Shown: piece by piece, positions 11,718-20,000 of the stretch
How positions within the stretch are numbered: the stretch's first letter is position 1
How the letters are laid out: every line of letters starts with the position of its first letter
From: Atractiella rhizophila
Taxonomy: Eukaryota
Reading direction: 5' to 3'
NCBI GenBank assembly: GCA_021432655.1
Contig: MU271199.1
Location: forward strand, 118,693 to 138,692
DNA length: 20,000 nt
Made by a program: the position numbers and the translations under genes
The notes under the pieces: model-generated
What the model was told of the DNA's origin: nothing
The model's database searches: none
What the model saw: the letters and a program-made list of their open reading frames with translations, nothing else

Positions 11718-14061
11718 ATGGCGTCCTCTCGCTCTCGTACCCCTCTCGCGCCGCTGGATAGTCCAAAAGGACTGAGAGCGGCATCACCGACCAAAGGCAA
11801 TTTCAAGACACCGGTCGCCCTCAAGAAGAATGTTTTGGACAAGCGTGCCAAACCTGCTCCGCTCGATTTTCTCTCCTCTGCCGCTTCTGAAACTGGAAAG
11901 GGAGGAAAAAGCATCTTTGATGACATTGCACCTGGGTTGGAGCCGACTGTCATCAAAGAGGATCGAGAGACAACCAGATCCCGCGTTTCGAGTCGACCAG
12001 GTTCTCCTAAGAAGGGGATAAGAGCTCAAGTCGACAAGAAAGAGGAATGGGTGAAGATGGACAGTGGAAGAAAGAAGAATCTATATGCAGAAATTGTGGA
12101 TGACACGAAGGACCCGGACGTGCAGGAGGAGAGAAATGAGAAGGAGGACGATCAGGAGGCTGAGCTCGAATCTGATCAAGATATCGAAGAGCAGCTATTA
12201 GGACGCCCTGTAACTTCATCGAAGACCAACAAACGCACGTTGCGAGAAACGAAGGAATCGGCAATTGCTGCGCCATCTGCTGATTCCTCTACTAGCACAC
12301 GATCGAAGCTGGAGAAGGAGATGGAGGTCGCAGTGCCACAGATCCAAAAACTCTCTCTGACGGAAGAAGAAGGCAAGGAGAGGGAGCCCCTCATAAACCG
12401 GTTCGTCTCCTTACACTTCAATGGACTCACACTCATCAGTGATCAGCGCGAAGGAGGCAGGAAAGGGGAAGAAGCGGAGGATGACGATCATCACTATTCA
12501 TGACACAGACTCCGATTCTCACTCTGGAAGCGATAGCGATGCTGAAGAGGATAGGGGTGGAGACGAGCAAAAGGACATGTCCAAATCTCAGGAGATCATA
12601 AAGGCTGATGACGAGACTCCATCACCTGTAATTCTGCAAGGGCTGCCAGAGGAACAAGAGCGGCAGTTGGGGCAGGACGATATCATCATCGAAGAAACGC
12701 CGCCTCCTCCATCACGGGAAGAGAAGTACTTTATTTATTTTCCCAGAAAAGTTTTTTTGGCTTAGTTGGCCCAAAAGACGTGCACAGAAGAAATCCGTCT
12801 CTCCCGACCCGCAGGATTCGCCTCTCCTTTCCTAGTCCGTCTCTCTCACCACCCCTAACAAGAAACTAAAGAGATAGTAGCTCACCACCTCCGTCCTCGA
12901 AACGTCCCTCTCCCCGAAGTGGAGTTGCTCACGCTCCCACTGTCTCGTCAAGTAGCAATTCGAACATCTTTTCCCCTCCTTCCCGTGCTCGTGACCAATT
13001 TGCGACGCCATCTCCACAAGTCCCTCGCTCGGCTATCGAGAAGAACAAAGAAAATGGGCGGAGACGCGAGCGTGAACGAGTGATCGTCGATCTCTCCTCT
13101 TCCGACGATGAAGGTCGCACACGTTCCTCTCCTCGCAAGCGCGCCACGGCTTCCGCTATCACCCGTCCTGCCTCTCCGTCTAAATCTTCCTTTACTTCAC
13201 GTCGAGACGCGCTCGCCACTTCTTTAATACAAGATTTGGAACGACGCGTATTCAAACCTCATGGAAAGGAACTGCCTGATGGATTGAAATTGGTGTGGAA
13301 TAAAAGGCTGAATACAACGGCAGGAAGGGCGAATTGGAAGAGGATTACGAGAGGCAGTGGAGAGCAGTTGACGGTGGAGAATAAGGTGGAAATTGAGTTG
13401 AGTACAAAGGTGATAGACTCTGAGGAGAAGTTGGGATGTACACTTTCGCATGAGGTGCGTCGGCCTCTAGCTTCCTTCAACGAGACAAATAAGTTTGACA
13501 TGCTCATTCACACCACGGTGGGGATAGCTATGCCATGTTGCTGCTTGGATCTTTGAGAATGAAAAGAATCCGCCTCATGGTCCAGCCTTCAAGATGTGGG
13601 CAAAGAGGATCATGACGGTCCGTAAAGATATCAAGGTGTCAACGACACACGACTATGAGATCAGGTATAAGTATCGGTGGAGATGCACCAACCCGAACTG
13701 CGAGAAGATGTCTGTTGTCTGTTCTTCATTCGTTCTAGGAGATGCTAACGAAAAATTTTACTGCAATAGCTATGGAAGACACTCCAAGTCCATAGATCCC
13801 GCCAAACACGCCTGTGGGGTCTGTCAAGGTCTTCTCGTCGAAATCTCGGCGGCTGGTGAGGTGAAATCCTCGAGTCCGAGGAAGAGGAGCGAGTATCAGG
13901 AATTCCTCTCAAACAACCTCAAACGAATGAAGGAGAAGCATCCGGCACTTGCACAGGGTGAAGTAATGAAATTGCTCGCTCAGGAGTGGAAGAATAGGAA
14001 GGCAAAGGAAAATGCTGACGTTGACGATCTGGGGAACATGATTGGCGGTTTGAAGATTTGA
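11718..14061 (+). CDS. GCNA/ACRC-like SprT-family zinc metalloprotease (disordered acidic N-terminus, SprT, Zn finger, HMG-box-like tail)
   Basis: Predicted exons 11718-12400, 12447-12725, 12778-12834, 12881-13454, 13528-13709 and 13770-14061. Motifs: WNKRLNTTAGRA, IELSTKVIDSEEKL, HE|LCH (HExxH split by intron 13455-13527), HGPAFKMWA, YRWRCTNPNC..YGRHSKSID...CGVC, and EYQEFLSNNLKRMKEKHP...VMKLLAQEWK. Confidence 0.9.
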
Positions 14062-14230
14062 GACCTTCAACAGGAGGAATGTTCGTTTCTTGCTTGGTTT
14101 AATATGCTGCTTGAAGTAGTTCCATTGAAATTGGTTTAGTATGTACAAAAAAGCGCATGATGAAAAATACGTGTTAAATGAGCCGAGACTGAGCAGTGAA
14201 CATAGTAGAACTAACGGAGGCAGCTGAACG

Positions 14231-14766
14231 CTACTTTTCCCGCTTCCTAAGTGCCTCTTTCAGCTCATCCATGCGCTCCCTCAAAGGCGAAGCAGTTTCA
14301 AATGGTCTGGTGGCAGGGACGAGTTGAAGGCGGCCCAAATTTCGGCGGTCCAGCTCAAGCAGCATGGGATCGTCGGTACGGATTACCTACCCTCATCTTC
14401 AGCAGGACGAGGAGAGAAAGGAGGACAATACTTACAGAACCAATGGACATGAACGTTGCGAAGGTGGCTGCTGAGGACAGCATGTACTGAGAGACTGTGC
14501 CCATGAAGCCTCTTGGTCCGGCACCACCACTGCAGCGTCAAGTCAGCTTCTTCCTCTATTGCTTAAAGCAGAAAATGGCGGACCGTATGACGGCGAAGGA
14601 TCCGAATAGGAACCCAATGGTTGCACCCACGCAACCTCCCATGAAAGCTCCCATTTTGACTGCGTTTGCAAAAATCAGCAACAAGTCCTGTGGTGAAGAG
14701 CAAACATGCACATTTTTGCCAGGTCGTTGGTCCAACTGGCTGAGCGGGATGTCCGGGGTGGTTCAT
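14231..14766 (-). CDS. MGR2: Mitochondrial TIM23 subunit Mgr2 / ROMO1 family protein (missed by the ORF track)
   Basis: Exons 14766-14712, 14659-14584, 14529-14436 and 14386-14231 give MNHPGHPAQPVGPTTWQKFKMGAFMGGCVGATIGFLFGSFAVIRGGAGPRGFMGTVSQYMLSSAATFATFMSIGSVIRTDD..., the Romo1/Mgr2 signature. Confidence 0.93.
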
Positions 14767-14938
14767 CGTGCCTGAAGTTTCCACTCAAAAAGCTACAAGA
14801 GTCTGTTCTGAGGCTGGCTTGGTGGAAAGTTAAGGAACACAAAAAGGAGTTGAAACCTTATTTAGGACAACAGCTGAAGCTGAACTGGGTCCAGAAGAAA
14901 CGACGAGACGACCTACTCCACTGTGGCAGAATCGACTC

Positions 14939-15549
14939 AGTCAGTGTTCCTAGCATATGTAGCGTAGGCGTATTGGATATTGACGCCCAAGGTGTAGTGA
15001 CGTCCATTGACCCTTCCCACTTCCCTTCGTCATCATCGAAACGCGGTGAAGCTATCCACACCTCTGTCCCACCTCTCCCGCATGCCGGACCACATAAATC
15101 ACGCATACCGCTTCCTCCCATCCCCGACCTGCGCTTTGAGCAAGGGTATCTTAAATCCCTTAGCCCGTTCATCAGCGTCAAAAATGGCAAAGAGCTTTCG
15201 AAGCGGAACGAGCATCTAGCCGACGACACAGAACAAGTGGCATTGGTTTCGGAAGGCCCTTACAAGGCTTGGCTTGAAGAGGAAGAAGAGTTAGAGATAC
15301 AGTGGAAGAGTGTGCTTTATATCACCTTCAGGGATCAGGTGTGTGGATTTCCTCTTTTATTGCTCTCCTGCTGGGAACGTGTTAAATCTGGCATAGCTTC
15401 TCTCGCCATTGTTGCAAGGCGCAGTTTGGGGTGTTGGTTCGTTGCTTTTGGCAACATCGTTATTGATTATTAGGCGAAAGTTCCCATTTTTGGAGACGCT
15501 CGCGAATCCGCGTCGTTGGTGGTCTACTCTCAAGCTGAAAATACACTAA
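14939..15549 (+). CDS. Fungal DUF1770-like membrane protein
   Basis: Exons 14939 (A of the ATG), 14998-15338 and 15397-15549. Motifs LPPIPDLRFEQGYL and WKSVLYITFRDQ|LLSPLLQGAVWG plus a C-terminal hydrophobic helix match my recollection of DUF1770. Confidence 0.75.
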
Positions 15550-15602
15550 AGACTCTGCCGTATTTTATCGCGCAACATTTTTGATAGCAGAAATTAAGGA
15601 AA

Positions 15603-16814
15603 TCAGAGGTGTGCTTGACCTTGTTCTTGTACATCAATGCAAGCCTCCTTAAAGGCTGCGACCCAGTCGAGCATAGCACGTTGACTGACTTGCGCCTTGG
15701 GAACGAGGGTGGGAAAGACGTGAACAGTCCCTCTCCACACTCTAACGTCTGTCGCAACTCCTGCATCCAGTAATAGGCGACCATATTCATACTCGCCAGA
15801 TGCGAGAGAGTCGAACTCTGCTATATTTATGACTGTTGGAGATCGTCAGGTGCAATTGTTCTTGAGATTTTCAAGAGCTTACAGTGTTCAGGTAAGCGGG
15901 AGACGTCGCTCTTCGTCATGGAGCGAAGAGTGTTTAGTGGTGAGAGGGAGTTCTTTGTGGCTTCCCCAGAGTCCAAATGCACGGCGACATCCCTGTCGTT
16001 TTCAGTGGTCCATACCTAGTTGTTCCCAAATCAATACGAATATTTCTCAAGTATGCCGAAGAGAAGCGTACATGATAATATTTTGCGATTTGAGGTGATT
16101 CTCCTCCAAAAGCAACAGTAGGGTCAGAAAGCATAGCTCTGCTTTCTGTATTAGTTTTCGGTGCACAATTAGTAGCAGTAAAATCTCTACATACCCATCC
16201 AAGATAATGAGCTTTGGCTGTACTGCTCCTGGCTTTCCAATAAGACGCTGGGCCAGTCCTCCAGCCAGGAAACCGCCAAAACTGCTCCCAAGCAAACCCA
16301 GTTTATCGCTATCGATCTGCAGCTCCTCTGCTCCTCTTGCAGATGTTACATACTCCCACGCTGCATCTGCATCTTCTGGAGAAGCAGGAAGTCGATGTTC
16401 GGGTGCCAGACGGTAGTCGACGGAAATGACGGTGATTCCACGTTCCGCCATAAACGAGTAAATGCCGGCATTAACCCTTGCCTCATCTCAGTCTCCTTGC
16501 ATGATAAAATGTGGAGCAGCTCACTCAGGAGACTTGGACACTCCTCCTCCCGCGTGAAAGCTCACAAGCGCCTCCGTCTTCTTCTCACCGCCGCCCACTG
16601 GTCTGACGACCAAGAGACGAAGTTTATGCCCATTTGTGCTCTCGATGAACACGTCCCTAACTAACGCAACATTGGCATCGATGGGTGGAGGATTGGAACC
16701 CTTCGCTCGCATGTTCGATGACGGATGCTCTGTCAAGGGGGTGGGCCAACCGTTTGACCAGCCGCGAGAATACCATGCCCTTAACTCGGGAAGGAGACGT
16801 GTGTATTCAGACAT
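15603..16814 (-). CDS. Alpha/beta hydrolase, hormone-sensitive-lipase-like (Abhydrolase_3) esterase
   Basis: Exons 16814-16525, 16476-16195, 16138-16072, 16015-15883 and 15832-15603. Motifs: FHAGGG oxyanion loop, VDYRLAPEHRLPA, GSSFGG nucleophile elbow, AEFDSL (Asp), GTVHVF (His). An upstream in-frame ATG at about 16946 is possible. Confidence 0.9.
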
Positions 16815-17139
16815 GGCGAGAGTAGCTGTTGGTTCGTTTTGCGGCACGGGTTTAGACTGGTTAAATAACTGTTTGTCGTACCGCTCAAACCACTCTGTAC
16901 CACCCTCGAGAACCACTTGGACCACCAACACCACTTTGGTATTCATTAGATGGTGTAAAAAAAGAGAATATGGAGCACGAAGCAAGATCAGAGGAGGCAG
17001 GCCTGTTCTGCAATATCCTTCTAGAGCAATATGGTGCTAACCCAATGGAAGAAATATTGCAGGAACCAAAAGAGATACTGCTAAACTGAGAGCAGACCAA
17101 ACCATTGAACAGCCAGATGGGTTGGAAAAATGAGCAAAA

Positions 17140-17211
17140 TGGAGAACTGGGGAATCGAACCCCAGACCTTTCGTATGCGAAACGAATGTTATACCACTAA
17201 ACTAGCTCCCC
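17140..17211 (-). tRNA. tRNA-Ala, anticodon CGC, intronless
   Basis: Reverse complement GGGGAGCTAGTTTAGTGGTATAACATTCGTTTCGCATACGAAAGGTCTGGGGTTCGATTCCCCAGTTCTCCA folds as a cloverleaf: acceptor stem with G3:U70, anticodon arm TTCGT-TTCGCAT-ACGAA, GTTCGA T-loop, discriminator A, followed by TTTT (Pol III terminator). Confidence 0.96.
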
Positions 17212-17578
17212 GACAGACCACAAGTTAAAAGGCATTAATACTTTATCACATTACGAAAAAACTTTTTTAGCCAATTATTGGGTAGATCTATATATTCTTG
17301 CTAGATCTATCAACCTTTTTCCAATGTGAAGTAAATGAGATATCTCGTCATATATTTCGCCAATTAGTAACAGGTCTGGAAGTCTTGCCGTTATTCTGGG
17401 ACTAATCCACCATTGAAAGTGGGCGGGAAAACGCTTCCGCTTTCACCTGGACATCTCCAAATTCACGAAGTCCAAACAGCAACTCCTTGCCCTGCATCTC
17501 CTCCAAACGTCCTCTTCCGTTTACCCATATCCTCCTCCAGCATAGGTTTAGAGTACTTACAATAGACCTCTTGCCAAA

Positions 17579-18866
17579 ATGCCAGCGAATGACCGTCGAC
17601 CGGCAACTTTGAAGCGCAAGACGAGCCTGCGGTCTGGTGCTGGGAAGGAAAGGGAAAGGGAAAAGCGACCTATGTCTCCTTTATCAGACGCTAAGAGTAT
17701 AGAAACTGGTAGGTCTTTGCGTGATAATTTGAAGAGGTGCTAGCGTCGTTCAATTTACTTCATAATGCAGTGAGAGAGAGGAACCACATTCACTCCTCCA
17801 AGCGGAGGATCCTGATCAAGCTGAGGACGCTGCTACCCCTCAAGATCCCTCACTCGCATTCTCATTCTCATTCGCAACACGACCACCAGCATGGCAGACA
17901 GAAGAATCGCCATACCCCTCATTTGTCACTCCCTCACTTCCCTCCCAAAGACTTATTTACCCCTACGAGCGTTAGACTTCCAAGTGTACAAGAGGAGAAA
18001 GAGAAGGAACCTCCTGTGCGGCCTAATATCAAGATTCGTGTGGTAACTTGGAGTACGTTTTCCGTCTGATCATAAGATGATACAACGGTTGATCAAAAGC
18101 CACAAAGATATGCATGACTCTCTCCCAACCGGAGACCTTTCAGACCTTCTTGGAGAAATTCCTGAACAATTCCACGAGCCTTTCCAGCAAGTTCCCCCCC
18201 TACCTCTCAACGAGCTGCCTCTTCTGGCTCCACATCCGATTCTGTACCTCCGACTCCTCATTCACATGCCTCGACCTCCTCCTCGAGAGGGAACTGCACA
18301 AACGATTCCGCGCCTTCACCATCGGAGAAGGGAAAACGGTATCCCCTCTTTCCGTACGATTCGAACCATCCATACCATATCGTCGTTATAGGAGGACAGG
18401 AGTGTCCATCTATGCCTTATCACGATCTAAGAGGTCGGAAGGGGTGGACGGACATTCTAGAGGACTGGTTGTCTTCTGGCCCTACCAAACCCCCCCGAAC
18501 GAAACCACTCCCAACCCTTCGTCGCTTCTCCCGTCTCTCAGCACTCCCGCCTCTCGTCCAGTGGCGGCGGAGAGGCAGCTCCAAGGTCTAGTTTCCAAGA
18601 AATTCGACCGGTGGTTCGGGAGGCAGCGGCGTCTATCAGGAGCTCGTTGAGCGTCAGGAGCATCTTGCAGAAGCGGAAGGAGAGGGAAAGCGAGCATAGG
18701 GAGGATGAGGAAGATCGGGAGAGTTTGAGGAGCTTCAGTAGCGGTAGGGATCCGGATGGCGACAGCGAGAGCAGTAGCAGCGAGAGTGAGAGTGAGGAGG
18801 ATAGTGTGAGGAGGAGGAGGAGGAAGACACCCTATGTTTTTGGTGCCAAGGAGAGACTTATGGGCA
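17579..18866 (+). CDS. Inositol polyphosphate 5-phosphatase family protein, N-terminal part, truncated by the gap; two apparent frameshifts
   Basis: Introns 17709-17770 and 18053-18107. Motifs in order: IKIRVVTWNMHDSLPTGDLSDLLG, HPYHIVVIGGQECP, GWTDILEDWL, PYVFGAKERLMG. The middle two motifs lie in a different frame from the flanking ones. Confidence 0.8.
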
Positions 18867-18891
18867 NNNNNNNNNNNNNNNNNNNNNNNNN
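18867..18891. other. Assembly gap (25 N)
   Basis: Run of N in the sequence. Confidence 0.99.
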
Positions 18892-19008
18892 TTGGGAGCG
18901 CTAACCTGTTTGCTATGAGCTAAGCACAGAGGAGGAGAACAAACGTTACCTTTTGTCAGTACTTACGGTCAGAAAGCCAAAAAAAACAAGCAGCCACAAG
19001 GTAATTGG

Positions 19009-19016
19009 CACGTGAC
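19009..19016 (-). promoter_or_regulatory. GTCACGTG E-box (bHLH/Cbf1-type site) in the putative RPL16 promoter
   Basis: Exact CACGTGAC about 25 bp upstream of the T-run preceding the RPL16 5'UTR. The same octamer occurs at 11661-11668 in the divergent promoter upstream of the SprT gene. Confidence 0.35.
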
Positions 19017-19646
19017 CGTTAAACCTTTTTGAAGGTTTGCAGGTTTCTTTCTCCTTGTTCTCATATCTCTCCTCTCTCCTCGATTCATGGGTGTTCACTG
19101 GATTTACTTCCTGTAGAGAGTTTTGGTATGATTGGTATAGGTTGGGAGACGATATCCTCCGAGTCCATTGTACTGTTAGGCCGCTCTGCAATCAGTTTTA
19201 TAACTTTATTCTTTCCTTTATCTTTGAAGTTGCTTCTAGAGACTTGTCAGTCGCAGACGGCATTCAACAAGGTAGATGCTGAATATCTAATGCTGCGCTG
19301 TGAGCCTGGTGAATAACATGAAGGTGACCTAGTGGCGATTGGAGCGCAGAGAAGAGTCAAAGACCATCCCTTTCATTCAGCTACTCATGTTAAACAAAGG
19401 TTTACTTCTTGTTGATAAATACCATAAAGCTACCATCATAACTGCTTGGCAATATGCTCTGCTCTCTAGCGCAGTGCATGCTGACTGGCAGTCGCGAAAA
19501 TATTGAAATATTGAAGAATGATAAATAATGCTCTCGTGGGAACTGAGGGAAATGTGTCCATTGTCAACGACTATTACGGTTGCAAATAATCAATCTCAGG
19601 CTCGTGTTAGTAATATGAACACATACCGATCTCACTTGCAAAGCTG

Positions 19647-20000
19647 TCATTTGGACTTCCTTGTAAATTTCTGCCTCAAGCTCTTGAGCTCCTTCCTGTT
19701 CTCGTTTCCCCGTTGCATTATATGTCTCTCTCTCTTTCCCTGTTCCACGCCCTCTTCGAAAACATTCTGTTTCCTGGCTCTTTCCGTGTCTTCGAACTCT
19801 CCAGAACGCCTGGACTCCATGCTGTCCAAATACGACAGTGTAAAGTCATTGTCCTCATTCTCGGCCCATTCTTCTTCCTCGCTGTAGAAGTCGTGATCGG
19901 AAACGACGAGCCTGGGAGGAAGGGGAGATGGGTACCCCTCATCGCCAATGAGGATACGCCTTGCCTTTCCAACGATACGGCTCTCTTCCAAATCTAAAGC
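19647..20000 (-). CDS. 3' part of the second copy/allele of the Ser-rich hypothetical protein (partial)
   Basis: EESRIVGKARRILIGDEGYPSP...KFTRKSK* matches 10632-10985 with a few conservative changes. Confidence 0.65.
   Translation of the reverse strand, partial: ALDLEESRIVGKARRILIGDEGYPSPLPPRLVVSDHDFYSEEEEWAENEDNDFTLSYLDSMESRRSGEFEDTERARKQNVFEEGVEQGKRERHIMQRGNENRKELKSLRQKFTRKSK

Larger units (their letters stand above)
18892..20000. repeat. Second copy of 9877-10985 (RPL16 5'UTR and promoter plus 3' end of the Ser-rich gene); probably the alternate haplotype
   Basis: Colinear at offset 9015 and starts exactly at the gap; about 15 substitutions in ~700 bp in the clean part. Confidence 0.9.

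Noticed and set aside
12726..12880. Stops in all three frames within the SprT gene, suggesting a pseudogene
   Set aside because: Resolved by two phase-compatible short introns (12726-12777 and 12835-12880) around a 57-nt exon.
17240..17450. TAGATCTA palindromes and a weak hairpin near 17417-17443 beside the tRNA
   Set aside because: Too short; no terminal inverted repeats or target-site duplication to support a MITE or structured RNA.
18070..18261. Small minus-strand ORF ending in a CaaX-like CIIL (pheromone precursor?)
   Set aside because: Antisense to conserved phosphatase exons, no true ATG start, no pheromone-like repeats; likely chance.

Overview
Gene-dense fungal (basidiomycete-like) genomic DNA with many short (about 45-70 nt) GT-AG introns, so the ORF track fragments most genes. 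In order: the 5' part of PRP8 (minus, runs off the left edge); a ~3.35 kb tandem duplication (2971-6334 and 6639-9975), each copy holding a degenerate unknown gene and an intact 60S ribosomal protein uL13 (RPL16/L13a) gene; a Ser-rich hypothetical gene; a GCNA/ACRC-like SprT metalloprotease; MGR2/ROMO1 head-to-head with a DUF1770-like gene; an HSL-family esterase; tRNA-Ala(CGC); and an inositol polyphosphate 5-phosphatase cut by a 25-N gap. After the gap comes a ~98% identical second copy of 9877-10985, probably the other haplotype. I see no clear-cut new biological system. The best leads are at the RPL16 locus: two copies nearly identical even in introns inside diverged flanks, one with a different upstream region, and an unusual 5'UTR splice architecture. 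Several oddities are probably sequencing or assembly artefacts. All exon structures and identity estimates were worked out by eye.
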